Below the pieces are notes generated by a model. That model saw only the letters and a list, made by a program, of their open reading frames with translations. It ran no database searches and was not told where the DNA came from. Positions 38,237-51,536 of a DNA stretch of 64,000 bases are shown here, piece after piece. Position 1 is the stretch's first letter, and each line of letters opens with the position of its first letter. This stretch comes from Octopus vulgaris (Eukaryota): positions 11,656,001 to 11,720,000 of the forward strand of contig OX597834.1 in NCBI GenBank assembly GCA_951406725.2. The letters run 5' to 3'. Position numbers and translations under genes: made by a program.

Positions 38237-39939
38237 CGTCCATACATTTATATATTCCATAATGACTTTCATCCCACCGATTAACTTTGTTTCTCTTTTC
38301 CGTTCCAAATCGCACGTCTTGGTAAATCCTTTGTTTAAAATTTCGTAGATTTTCTTTTCTGTATCATTTCAAGCCCTTGTGGTTACAAGAATCATCATCA
38401 TCATCATCATCGTCGTCATCATTTGTTCCTAGCTATTTAAGACGTGCCTAAATCTGATTCAAGATATTTCAAATATTTTCAGATTTTATCTCGATGAAAT
38501 AGGTTTCTTTTATTCGCATTTTAATTTACACAGTGATTTATTAAGTTATTTCAGAATTTATCACGTATTTGATTAAAGCAAGAAGGTCGGCTTTTTAAAG
38601 TAATTCTGTTTTCTTCTGCTGAATAATTCTAAACAGATAATAGAGCCCTCTTGTAAGAACACGCCCCACCACCACCACCACCACCAAATAAAAAAATATT
38701 ACATTCAACAGAGCAAAGTTGTGTCCAAACGACAAAAAGAAAAACTGAAGCGCAATTAAAACAAAATAATTTTAGTTTTAATTGTTGAAAAGAGAATACA
38801 TAGGATTTTGGCAAAAGACATGAACGCAATAGACTGCATTTTTCACAGCAGTATTCACGTACACATGCATTGTGATACAAAATGTTATGTATTCTGGTGA
38901 GAACAGCTGTTGAGCAAGTGTACTTTTAAATGTAAATAGACTTTACATGAAATGTTTCATTATAAGTGCAAGTGCACGGAACGATTTTATAATGGAAAAA
39001 GGGGAGAAGAGCTAAATCTCCAGAACTAGTATCCTAAGCCTATGACTTGCTCAAAAAAAAAAAAAATTGACAAGTCAGTCAGTCACCGGCTGACACTCGC
39101 TGACATTACATCGAAGAGGCCAGGGAAGAGAAGAAAGAAGAAGACATGCACCCAACACCAGAGCTGAAGACACCTCCGAGACGGGGGTCCCTGCCACGTG
39201 AAAACGGTAGAGGAGTAGGGGCCGAAACCGGACGTGGTTCTTCCTGATGATGTCTTAAGCTAACTGGATCCTATAAAGGAGGTGTTGTGGTAGCAGACCA
39301 CGAAACACGATTGTAATTCCTCCCCAGGAGCTTTCCTTATGTTCTCCGAAGAACAAAGAATATAGACACTGTCATGTGTATGAAATGAAATCTCTTGTAT
39401 CGGGATGACAGTGCTATATGCTGTGACAAGCGCTGTTATCTAAATTAAGGTGAGAACGATGGAAATCAAATGATCAGGTAGCACGTTTCACATCTGCCTA
39501 TAAATTGTTAGCACAATTTGTAGGATGAAGATTAATGAAGCTAAAGGCCACGAAAGATCAGTGACGATTCGATGATATGCGTGAATGATTAATGTCAAGG
39601 GTTACCATGTAACGACAACCGAGAAAAAGATATTGAAACTGTTAATTTAAGACAAAGATGACTGCTGCAAAATCATTAGAAAGTAATCCCGTCAAGGTTG
39701 GTGAGTCTGAAAGATAGGAATTTATCAGCCTTGAAGTCCAAAATTCGTGAATTCGATTCAGTAATATCAATTCATGTAAACTCTGGGTAATTTTACTATA
39801 AAGTCGTAGCTTACAGTATGCAAACATGCAAGTAAGGGAACTGGGCTATTCTTAAAAATGCAGTGACTCATACCAGATATAGCGTTCATTATATTCTTTC
39901 CTACTCTTGTCAGAAGCCCAAGATTTTAGAGGAGGAGCT

Positions 39940-40317
39940 CAGTCGATACCAGTACGCAACTGGTACTTAATTTATCGACCCCGAAAGGATGAAAAACAAA
40001 GTCGACCGCGACGGAATTTGAACTCAGAACGCAAAGACAGACGAAATATTGCTAAGCATTTTGCCCGGCGTGCTAACGATTCTTATTTCTTTAATGCCCA
40101 CAAGTGGCTACACACAGAGGGAACAAACAAGGACAGACAAACGGATTAAGCCGATTATATCGACCCCCAGTGCTTAACTGGTAATTATTTAATCGACCCC
40201 GAAAAGATGAAAGTCAAAGTCGACCTCGGCGGGATTTGAGCTCAGAACGTAACGACAGACGAAATATAACTAAGCATTTCGCCCAGTGTGTTAACGATTC
40301 TGCCAGCTCGCCACCTT
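39940..40317 (-). mobile_element. SINE family A dimer
   Basis: Two units with a junction near 40083 (AAAGAAATA|AGAATCGTTAGC on the minus strand). Confidence 0.85.
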
Positions 40318-40337
40318 ATGACTTCCATTATATTAAA

Positions 40338-40707
40338 CTAGCAGTATCGCCCGGCGTTGCTCGGGTTTGTAAGGGAAATAACTACAAAGCATGTTTAGAG
40401 AGTTATAGCCAAAAAATGGAAAAAAAATGATGGTAAATTTTTTTTAGTTAAAAAGGTCGAGTTGCGTCCCCTAGACAGTCTGTGGTTTGTGTTTCTGATT
40501 CTTGACCCCATGTCGAATTTATCGATTATTTTCAGAACTGGGGGAACTTTTCAAAATTTTCGCTGCGTTAGTTTTGAATTGTGACATTGGGCTATGTGTG
40601 TGTCAAGTTTCATCAGAATCGGTTGAAAGCCGTGGTCAGGGTGAGGGTACAAGCAAACAGACACACAGAAACACACACAGACAAACTGCCGTTTATATAT
40701 AGAGAGA
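40338..40707 (-). mobile_element. Non-autonomous Helitron, type 2
   Basis: A|TC...CTAG|T, 3' hairpin, no TSD. Confidence 0.9.
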
Positions 40708-41545
40708 TTAGTACAGTACTCTAAGGGAGTTATATGACTGAATTGTTAACATATTCTTTCGAGTTCGTTCCTTGTCTTTGACACTTTGGAACAGTTTTTA
40801 TTTTTGTATGACTTGGAATAGAACAGCGCCATGGATATGATATAAAGTAAAAGGGAAAATGTGTAAAAGCCCATCGAATAAAATTTTATGATTGTACTTT
40901 AAAGAGTGGTTCAAGCTTAGCATTTTGAAGTATGAACTTTTGCAAATATTCACTATAGAGGACAATAACATTTCACTGATTTATTCCAGACATTTTAGAG
41001 AGACACTCCTTCAACTAAGGTAGTTGTATTACAAGACAAAATTACAATAGTTTCTGTATTTTAAATTCAAGCATTCGCTCGGAATCATGATATAGATTAA
41101 ATCCTGTTAATTGCATTTGAAACTAAGATGTTTAATGTGGATTTACTTTAGTTTTATTCTCTAATCAGTGAGTCTATCCAAAAGTAAGTGGGTTGATTTC
41201 AAACGATTGGGAAAACTACTTAAACTATGTTTCGCTTTCGAGTGAATAACGCTGAAATAGAGTCTCTATGTAAGTTCACGTGAGCGTGTGATGAAGTATG
41301 AGTCGAAGATGTTGCTATTTGCCGTTGTCGGAAAGAACGAATCTTTTAAAGTTAATGGTTTGGACTTTTTGGATATTCCCCATATTTCAAAAGAATGTCA
41401 CAAATGAGAAAGACAAATACACAACAAAGGAATTTGATTCGGACAGCGAAGATCAAAGCGTTATATACGTATACAACACAAGTGCTGTTTGAAACTAAGC
41501 TTATTCCACTTTCAATCAGACGCCATATTAAAGATTAAAGAGAGC

Positions 41546-41583
<38 letters not shown>

Positions 41584-41749
41584 CAGTGGATGTGTTAGTG
41601 TACAAATGCTAAATTCTATACAAGTGAAAATAATAATAATAATAATAATATATATATATATATATAGTTCGTACTTGTTTGGTTTGCAAGATTTTACATG
41701 GATTTTAACATTGATACACACCCAGCCACGCATATTTGTATACACAGAC

Positions 41750-42150
41750 AACACACACACTCACATACACATATATATACATACATATATACATATACAT
41801 ACATACATACATATATACATATACATACATATATACATATACATACATACATATACATACATACATATACATACATATATATATACATACATATACATAT
41901 ATACATATATATATACATATATACATATATATATACATACATATATATATATACATACATATACACATATATATATACATACATATACACATATATATAT
42001 ACATACATATACACATATATATATATATACATACATATACATATATATATATATACATACATATACATATATATATATATACATACATATACATATATAT
42101 ATATACATACATATACATATACATACATATATGTGTGTGTGTGTGTGTAT
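41750..42150. repeat. Compound (TACATA)/(TA)n microsatellite
   Basis: Read directly. Confidence 0.96.
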
Positions 42151-42585
42151 TTATTTAGATATATGCATTTCGGCATTCTTTCCCAATATGATCAGTTATG
42201 ATTTGGCATACGAAAGATTTCACGGAAATTTTCCTAAACCTATGTTACAAGAACAACCATTTCATAATGGTGAAGTGGTTTTTAGTCAAATTCTTCGATG
42301 CCGTGCATGGCATTCGTTTCGTTTCGTTTGGCTTGCTTCAATGTGGGTTAGTGATAAATCTAAAACTTCCAGAACGTCACTGGAATTTCTGATTTAACAA
42401 CACTTGTCTGACATGAGTTATGGAGAGATCTAAGAAATATTGTGTCTCAAATCTTTCTTATCATATAAATAATCATACATCTGTACTGTGATCGTGTATC
42501 CGTGGTGGTGTTATTAAAAACGCATATACGTTCTTACATAGATGTACACTCCCGCATAGTAACACAGATAAACGTACATATATGC

Positions 42586-42616
<31 letters not shown>

Positions 42617-42764
42617 AGTATATAGGTATTTCAAAACTGCAAGCGTACTATAGAGTTGCGGGTTACTATTTGTCACCTTTAGTCTGTTTATATATTTATC
42701 CATGCATAAACGTACAAGTACGCACATTGGGGTTTAGGCATACTTACATACGCAAATACACAAA

Positions 42765-43132
42765 CACGAACACACACACATATGAATATATATGCACACA
42801 TATAAATGCATATGTACACACATACATACACATATATATATATAAACATACATGTATATATATACACACACACATGTATATATATACACACACATGTATA
42901 TATATACACACACATGTATATATATACACACACACATGCATATATACACACACACACACATATATACACACACACACATATATATATACACACACACATA
43001 TATATATATACACACACACACACACATATATATACACACACACATATATATATATACACACACACACACATACACACACACACACACATATATATATACA
43101 CACACACACACACACATATATATATACATACA

Positions 43133-43204
<72 letters not shown>

Positions 43205-43215
43205 CATACATACAG
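42765..43215. repeat. Alternating (CA)n(TA)n microsatellite
   Basis: Read directly. Confidence 0.96.
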
Positions 43216-43952
43216 AGAGGGAGAGAGAGATTTAGGTATATAGATAGGGAGATAAATTTATGCACATACGTATATTGTTGAGCGTAGGAAGAGCCACACA
43301 CATATATATGTATACGATATATATATATTTAGATGCACATATGTACGATTGACAGGTATATATATACATTTATATACATACATAAAGGCATAAACACACT
43401 CATATCTATAACTGTCTATCTCTCTTTCTACATATATATACGTACACACCACACGCACATGCATATATACACACATATAAGCCACAGACACTCGTACACA
43501 CGATAGAGAGACAGTAATGGCAGCCTTAGAGGTGTCATTATAGTCGCATTGCATGACTATAATTTAAATGGACGATATCAAAACAACGTACGAAAGCTCG
43601 GGCAACGCAATAACTTATTCATCAAAAGGAACAACTATCGTATGGAATAAAGAAAGATGACGTGCATGAAGTTGGTGTAAGACACGTGTGCAAGAACCAG
43701 GAGTGGTGGAAGCGAGGGGAGTCAGCTGCTTCATCCATCTATCTCACCCCTCCTCTCTATTGTAGAGCTAGACAGATAAATAGATATATCGATAGATAGA
43801 TATTGAGATAGATACATTTCTGTATGTATATATATACATACAGAAGTGTATCTATCTCATAATATATTTATCGATCTATCTGTTTATCTATCTAGCTTTC
43901 TATATATCTATGTAACCATCTATCTATCTAACCCTCACTCACTCTATGTCTC

Positions 43953-43994
<42 letters not shown>

Positions 43995-43996
43995 TT

Positions 43997-44390
43997 CAGG
44001 AGTGGCTGTGTGGTAAGTAGCTTGCTTACCAACCACATGGTTCCAAGTTCAGTCCTACTGTGTGGCACCTTGGGCAAGTGTCTTCTACTATAGCCTCGGG
44101 CTGTCCAAAGCCTTGTGAGTGGATTTGGTAGACGGAAACTGAAAGAAGCTCGTCGTATATATGTATATATATATATATATATGTGTGTGTTTGTGTGTCT
44201 GTGCTTGTCCCCCTAGCATTGCTTGACAACCGATGCTGGTGTGTTTATGTCCCCGTTACTTAGCGGTTCGGCAAAAGAGACCGATAGAATAAGTACTGGG
44301 CTTACAAAGAATAAGTCCCGGGGTCGAGTTGCTCGATTAAAGGCGTTGCTCCAGCACGGCTGCAGTCAAATGACTGAAACAAGTAAAAGA

Positions 44391-44391
<1 letters not shown>
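43997..44391 (+). mobile_element. SINE family B, full length
   Basis: Homology to other B copies; flanked by (TA)n on both sides. Confidence 0.92.
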
Positions 44392-44453
<62 letters not shown>

Positions 44454-44457
<4 letters not shown>

Positions 44458-44614
44458 GGAGTGGGTGTGTGTTAATGTGGTAAGTAGCTCGCTTTCCAAC
44501 CACATGTTTCTCGGTTCAGTCTCACTGCGTGGTACCTTGGGCAAGTGTCTTCTACTATAGAAGCCTTGTGAGTCGATTTGGTAGATGGAAACTGAAAGAA
44601 GCTCGTCGTATATA

Positions 44615-44693
<79 letters not shown>

Positions 44694-44887
44694 TGTGTAT
44701 CTCTGTTTGTTCCCGCAACATCGCTTGGCAACAGATGCTGGTGTGTTTAGGTCACTGTAACTTAGCCGTTCGGCAAAAGATACCGATAGAATAAGTATTA
44801 GGCTTGCAAAGAATAAGTCCTGGGTTCGATTTGATTCGACTAAAGGTGGTGCTCCAGCATGGCTGCAGTCATATGACTGAAACAAGT
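44454..44887 (+). mobile_element. SINE family B, full length
   Basis: Homology to other B copies. Confidence 0.9.
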
Positions 44888-44904
44888 GGTGGTGGTGGGG
44901 GGGG

Positions 44905-45117
44905 AGGCGAGCTGGCAGAATCGATAGCACACCAGACGAAATGCTTAGCTGTATTTCGTCTGCCTTTGCGTTCTGAGTTCAAATTCAGCCGAGGTCGACA
45001 TTGCCTTTCATCCTTTCGGGGTCGATTAAATAAGTACCAGTTACGCAATGGTGTTGATGTAATCGACTTATTCCCCTTGTTTGTCCTCTCTATGTTTAGC
45101 CCTTGTGGGCAGTGAAG
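44905..45117 (+). mobile_element. SINE family A
   Basis: Homology to 5057-5289. Confidence 0.9.
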
Positions 45118-45159
45118 TAATAATAATAATAATCATAATAATAATAATCCTAATAATTG

Positions 45160-45600
45160 TTTAAAATTTTGGCACAATGCCAGCAAGTTCGGGGCAGGAG
45201 CTATGTCAATTAAATAGAGACCGGAGTTCCTCTGGAATAAAGAAAGATGACGTTTTATCGACACTGAAAAGATAAGTACCTTATTCAACCACGATGGAAT
45301 TTGAACTCGGGACGTAAGGACGGACGAAATGCCGTTAGGAATTTTACCCTGGCGTGCTAACAATTCTGCCAGAACACAACCATAACGATAAGGACAATGG
45401 TTTCAAATTGTGGCACAAGGCCAGCAATTTCGGGGGAGATGTAAGTCTTTCACATCGATCATAGTGTTTCATTGGTTGATATTTTATCGACCGTGGAATG
45501 ATGAAAGGCAAAGTCGACCTCTGCATAATTCGAATTGAGAACTTAAAAACGTACAAATTTCCGCTAGGCATTTTGTTTGGCGCATTAACGATTCCGGCCT
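45160..45600 (-). mobile_element. Two old SINE family A variant copies (about 45160-45372 and 45398-45600)
   Basis: Degenerate colinear blocks, with a GCCTTGTGCCA(A/C)AATTT-type tail on the minus strand. Confidence 0.75.
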
Positions 45601-46065
45601 TAACGACAACAATATTGGTAATAATAATGGAGTGTTTTGTGAACCATTATTGTAACTATTGTCATAAACTCTTTTCATACTGTATTTTTGGCAATAAATA
45701 AAACAGTTGATTTTTTTTATTATTATGGTTGCAATCATTATAGACAATATCATTAGTATAACAGCTAGTACAACTATGTGTACTAGTTCAACGCATTGTG
45801 TCTAGATTTTATACAAACTGTGGACATATAGGTGTCCATGTGTTTCTGTTGGAGTATTTAAGCAGACATCGGCGTCTCAGTGCGGCCACAGCCTCTCGCT
45901 GAAACTCATAATTGATTATTAGAACACACACAAACACATATTAGAATTATAAGCCGGGGCATATTCTCATTACCGTCATTGAATCAGTAAGAGGTAGCGT
46001 ACTTAAAACTAGGAACAAACGAATCATGTTCTAACCATTCATAGACTTCTTACTTACATCAACTG

Positions 46066-46104
<39 letters not shown>

Positions 46105-47047
46105 TAATAGATGTAGATGCAAATGCTTTGACAGGGCATGTAACTGACTTTGTATATGGACTACTAAGTGTTTTGCAGCGAAGTCTAAACTACGAGAAAC
46201 ACTTCTGCAGACAGTGCATGAATTTATTACATTTATTTGGTTTAAAATTCACATTGAGAAAGGGTGCAGATGTGACCATTAAAAGATCGAAATTATAATT
46301 AAAAACGCTGTGATACTTTTAAAATAAACGGAAATATGAAAATTATCCTAAATAAAGACTTGAAAATAGTCAGTGATCCAATAATAAAATAAAGTCCAAA
46401 AGTCAGAAATTAAAGAAATGTTTGTGAAAATGTAAGATTAGAGAAAAAAAATACTCTGTATTTAGAAAACGCCAAAGAAAACTTCAAACGGAAAGACTAT
46501 GCCTACCACTATAAAGCACGATGGAATTTAAGGCGGTAAGCAATAATCGAATTTCAAGTGTCTGTCGGTTTACAAGACATTCTGCATCCAATAAGGAAAA
46601 TCACATGAAATTATCGAAAAAATTAGTGACTGATTGCATTGAGGATACTGAGCACATATTTGGAGGTAAAGAAACGTGGGATAGCTGTGAGCGAAAATGA
46701 GAAAATGTGAACAAGTAAAAAAATTGACCTATAAGGAGCAAACGTAATGATACGAAAATCTATTGAACCAAATCAGAAAAAGTGAGCTGACTGGAATTAG
46801 GCAAAGAGAATCGCAACATTGGTATCGAAGCACAAGCCTAAGCGAATGTTTCTTTATGGAGAAACAGGCTTGAACAAAAGTTATTTTGTGGTGCAAGTTC
46901 AGTGCCATCAGATCCAAAAGAGCTTATAATGAAGCAGAAAATGTTATACAATGGCTCAACACTTAGCGGTGAAAATAATTGCCATTTTTCTTTTTCCTTT
47001 TCTTCTCTGGCTGACCAGTATTAATGAAGAAAATATACAGTGTCGTA

Positions 47048-47428
47048 GGAGGCGCAATGGCCCAGTGGTTAGGGCAGCGGACTCGCGGTCGTATGATCGC
47101 GGTTTAGATTCCCAGACCGGGTGTTGTGAGTGTTTATTGAGCGAAAACACCTAAAGCTCCACGAGGCTCCGGCAGGGGATGGTGGTGATCCCTGCTGTAC
47201 CCTTTCACCACAACTTTCTCTCACTCTTACTTCCTGTTTCTGTTGTACCTGTATTTCAAAGGACCGGCCTTGTCACTCTCTGTGTCACGCTGAATATCCC
47301 TGAGAACTACGTTAAGGGTACACGTATCTGTGGAGTGCTCAGCCACTTACACGTTAATTTCACGAGCAGGCTGTTCCGTTGATCGGATCAACCGGAACCC
47401 TCGTCGTCGTAACCGACGGAGTGCTTCC
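47048..47428 (+). mobile_element. SINE family D, full length, 13-bp TSD
   Basis: TSD ATACAGTGTCGTA at 47035-47047 and 47429-47441. Confidence 0.95.
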
Positions 47429-47583
47429 ATACAGTGTCGTATTTATGTCGTTTAACCATTGAATATAGTGGCAGTATTATGAAAAACCAACAAAGAGACA
47501 GTAAATAAATATAAAATAGAAAAGCTCTCAAAAGATGGTAGAGAGAGAGCCGTTGACTATCAAACAATATTTTTTTACATCTA

Positions 47584-47800
47584 AAGCGGCGAGATGGCAG
47601 AACTGCTAGCACGCCGGGCTGAAATGCTTAGCGCTATTTCGTCTGCCGTTACGATCTGAGTTCAAATTTCGCCGAGGTCGACTTTTCCTTTCATCCTTTC
47701 GAGGTCGATAAATTACGTACCAGTTGTGTAGTTGGGATCGATCTAATCGACTGGCACCCACCCAGAAATATTTCAGGCCTTGTGCCTAGAGTAGGAAAGA
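47584..47800 (+). mobile_element. SINE family A variant (GGCCTTGTGCCTAGAGTAG tail)
   Basis: Head and body homology to family A. Confidence 0.85.
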
Positions 47801-48156
47801 ATATTTTGTACATTTAAAACATACTGGCAAAGTGACCAAACTATAAAAAAATGTTTCAATCCAAACTGACAGTCAGACGCAGAGTAATTAACCGACTGGG
47901 AATTCGGCAACGACGTAGCTTCGGATCGAAGTGAGATTATAAGCATATGATAATTTATTCCCAAAAGAAACGGAGGAATTCGTCAGATATAAAAATCAAG
48001 AAAATGAGACGTTGCAAATGTTCGTTTGTGTATTTCTGTTTGAGGTGGTGTGGCGAGGTTTGAAAAGGGAAAGTGTGTATGACGGGAGATTTGTGAAATT
48101 TTTCCAAACTATACGTTCAAATAGATAGCCAAAACCGGATGTTTTTCTCATATAGA

Positions 48157-48551
48157 GACGCAGGAGTGGATGTGTGGGAAGAACCTTGCCTCCCAAACTC
48201 ATGCTTCCGTGTTCAGTCCCACTGCTATAGCCTCGGGCCGACCAAAACCTAGTGAGTGGATTTGGTAGACGGAAACTGAAAGAAGCCCGTCGTATATGTA
48301 TATATATATTTATGAATATATATATAACTTACAAAATAAGGGCAATAGAAAAATTCCAATGCCAAATATGCCGAAAGAAAGACAGAATTGTCAATAACCA
48401 TTATAATTTATGCGTCTCGAAACAAACCGATAGAAATTTCTAAAAAAATCCGTTATTACATTATTTGTCCCAATTTCGGGGTTAATTCATAAGAATTTTC
48501 CCCTCTTCAGCGATAAATACGTAAGACATAAATGATACATTAGTTATAAAT

Positions 48552-48599
<48 letters not shown>

Positions 48600-48840
48600 T
48601 TGTGAGCATGTGTGCGTGCGTGTGTTTATATGTCTTTGTGTCCGTTTTTGTTCCCCCACTCCACCATCGCTTGACAACCAATGTTGCTTGTGTTTACGTT
48701 CACGTCACCTAGCGGTTCGGCAAAAGAGACCACTAGAATAAGTACCCGGCTCACAAAGAATAATTTCTGCCGTTGATTTCTTCGACTAAAATATGGTGCT
48801 CCAGCATGGCCGCTGTAAAATGACAGAAACAAGTAAAAGA
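48157..48840 (+). mobile_element. SINE family B split at its internal (TA)n tract by a ~200-bp insert
   Basis: 5' half at 48157-48292, 3' half at about 48620-48840. Confidence 0.85.
48327..48530 (-). mobile_element. PLE pLTR-like fragment with hammerhead-like core, nested in SINE B
   Basis: ttatcg-CTGAAGA-gggg-aa-aattc-ttat-gaatt-aa-cccc-GAAA-ttgggac (48517 to 48467). The cleavage triplet is degenerate. AATAA follows and the end runs into (TA)n. Confidence 0.65.
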
Positions 48841-48919
48841 ATATCAGAATGCACAGCTTGTAGAAACAATCTGGAAGGCACGTGCCTGAGTGACTGCGGG
48901 TGTTGTACTCATACTCTCT

Positions 48920-49296
48920 CTCTTACTTGTTTCAGTCATTCGACTGTGGCCATGCTGGAGCACCGCCTTTCATCGAGTAAATCGACCCCAGGACTTATTC
49001 TTTGTGAGCAACTCTTTTGCCGAAACGCTAAGTTACGAGACATAAACACACCAGCATCGTTTGTCAAGCAATGCTGGGGGGGGGGACAAACTCAGACACA
49101 CACACACACATATATATATATATACATATATACGACGGGCTTCTTTCAGTTTCCGTCTACCAAATCCACTCACAAGGCTTTGGTCGGCCCGAGGCTATAG
49201 TAGAAGACACTTGCCCAAAGTGCCACGCAGTGGGACTGAACCCGCAACCATGTGGTTGGTAAGCAAGCTACTTACCACACAGCCACTTCTACGCCT
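48920..49296 (-). mobile_element. SINE family B
   Basis: Homology to other B copies; small internal deletion. Confidence 0.9.
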
Positions 49297-50324
49297 ATGA
49301 TCAAATGATTTTGATTTCGATTCCACGTTAGGGCGATGCTTTGTGATCTTGAGCAAAGCGTTTCATTTCCTTAGAGTCCTCTCAGCTGGCGAAAATCAGC
49401 AATGCATCAATGAGGCGGATTGGGTGTGGAGATAGATATGTCACAGAATCCGCGAAGCGAGCGGGCCTTATGGTTCGCAGAGAAACTTTGATCTCTTTTG
49501 ATTTGATCCTGCTAAAGAGTAGCGTACGTTCTGTTCAATAGAAATATCTAAACTCAAACAAGACAATGCATGTCTTCAAGGCGCAGAGAGGTGGCCTTCG
49601 TGTTACAATGAAAGCAAGTAATAAACATAGCACTACAGCAAAATGATACCAATAACGATGGTATAATAGCTTATCATTATTTCATCTGTAGATAAGCTTA
49701 ATTCAGTGAAAGTTTGACAAACGAACGGTAACTAGTTATGTAATGAGTAAATGCAGAGAATATAATTTGCGTAAGTTAAACTTGGGAATGATTAACCAGG
49801 AATCAAATGATTGACGGAGCAAGAATACTACTTTCAAACTTAATCAAAAATTCCATCTGCATATTGCATTATTCTATTATATTATCTATTTACAGTAAAA
49901 TGTTTCGGGAGCCGGAGAATGTTAAGTAACGTGGACATAAACAGCACGCAGCCTGGAGGTATGAAATGTTAATATATTGTTTGGTAATCGGACATACCGT
50001 CAACCCGTTCTCCGAGATCAACCAAACCTAGACATGAGTTATTCCCTCTGGATATTAAATTGCTCCTAAATTATAGATGCATTAGCGTTTCAATTCTATC
50101 TTTATATTCCTCTGTCGCTTATCATTTATTCATCATAAGCTATGGTTTCTTAAATGCTTCGCTATCTTTTCTTATGTATCGGCATATGGACAAATTCACA
50201 TTACAGTTATGTTCATATTCATAACATGTGATCAAAAGATCTAAGAAATGTTGAATCAGATAAAACAATATATAAAAGTTTTCCCTCTCACTCGCTCTAC
50301 GTCTGAGTACGTGTCTCTGTGTGT

Positions 50325-50441
50325 GTGTGTTTGTGTATTTCTGTGTATGTGCACTGTGTGTTTGTGTATTTCTGTGTATGTGCACTGTGTGTTTGTGTAT
50401 TTCTGTGTATGTGCACTGTGTGTTTGTGTATTTCTGTGTAT
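50325..50441. repeat. 31-bp tandem repeat, about 3.8 copies
   Basis: GTGTGTTTGTGTATTTCTGTGTATGTGCACT, period 31. Confidence 0.93.
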
Positions 50442-50965
50442 GTACGTATGCGAGTGTTAGTGTGTGTGCATATGGGTATTTACGAAAGTGAGTGTTTGTA
50501 ACTGATAAACGCTATCCGTAAGTTATATAACAAAACCTGTAGGAATATAATGTAATAGTGAGTATATCAAGATATCATATCGACAGAATTCTGGTGTCTC
50601 TGTTTCGCACAAGGATCAATGGTATATTTATTTATCAATATTTCGTTTCTAGTTTCGTATAATTCTATGAAATGTTAAGCAAACGCTTGCTATTGAGCCA
50701 TACAATAAGAGAACGCAGCAGCCATGTCATAAGTTATTCGAGTTAATCTCGAAATAATGGAAGATAGATGAAAGGTAGCATAATAATTACACATTTACAA
50801 AAAGATCATCGTTACCAGATTGCAGAGAAAATTATATGAGAGTTTCCGTTTTAATTATTTAATTTGCAGAACTTGATTACCACAGAATCTATTATTAATT
50901 TGTCACAGAACCAAAGCAGTGATCTACGTTCCCATACTAACTGATAACATTATTTGTATATCATA

Positions 50966-51349
50966 AAGCCGGTGAGCTGGCAGAAACGTTAGCACGCCGG
51001 GCGAAATGCTTAGCGGTACATTCTGAGTTCAAATTCCGCCGAGGTCGACTTTGCCTTTCATCCTTTCGGGGTCGATTAAATAAGTACCAGTTACGCACTG
51101 GGGTCGATGTAATCGACTTAATCCGTTTTGTCTGTCCTTGTTTGTTCTCTCTGTGTTTAGCCCCTTGTGGGTAGTAAAGAAATAGGTATTTCGTCTGCCG
51201 CTACGTTCTGGGTTCGAATTCCGCCGAGGTCGACTTTGCCTTTCGTCCTTTCGGGGTCGATAAATTCAATACCACTCACGCACTGAGGTTGATAGAAACG
51301 ACTGGTCCCCTCCCTCAAAATGTCATGCGTTGTGCTTATTATAGAGAGG
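50966..51349 (+). mobile_element. SINE family A dimer within one TSD
   Basis: Junction AAAGAAATA|GGTATTTCGTC at 51184/51185. TSD ATTATTTGTATATC(A/G)TA at 50949-50965 and 51350-51366. Confidence 0.9.
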
Positions 51350-51536
51350 ATTATTTGTATATCGTATACAACATTTTCTCATCCAACCAAAAATGAGGGA
51401 TACATTAGTTTAACGTTACTTTAGCTTTAAAACCTCAGAAATGAATAATGTTATTTAGTGTCTTTTTTGAGTTTCTGCAAATTCATAGTTGAGAAGATTT
51501 CATAGAAAAAAAAAAAGAAGAAAATGATCAACAGTG

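Noticed and set aside
38629-38880. Cys-rich ORF resembling a piggyBac C-terminal zinc finger
   Set aside because: No DDD domain, TTAA ends or TIR pair could be identified.
50325-50441. Regular 31-bp repeats that might suggest a CRISPR array
   Set aside because: Units are contiguous with no unique spacers, derive from TG microsatellite, and there are no cas genes in this eukaryotic context.
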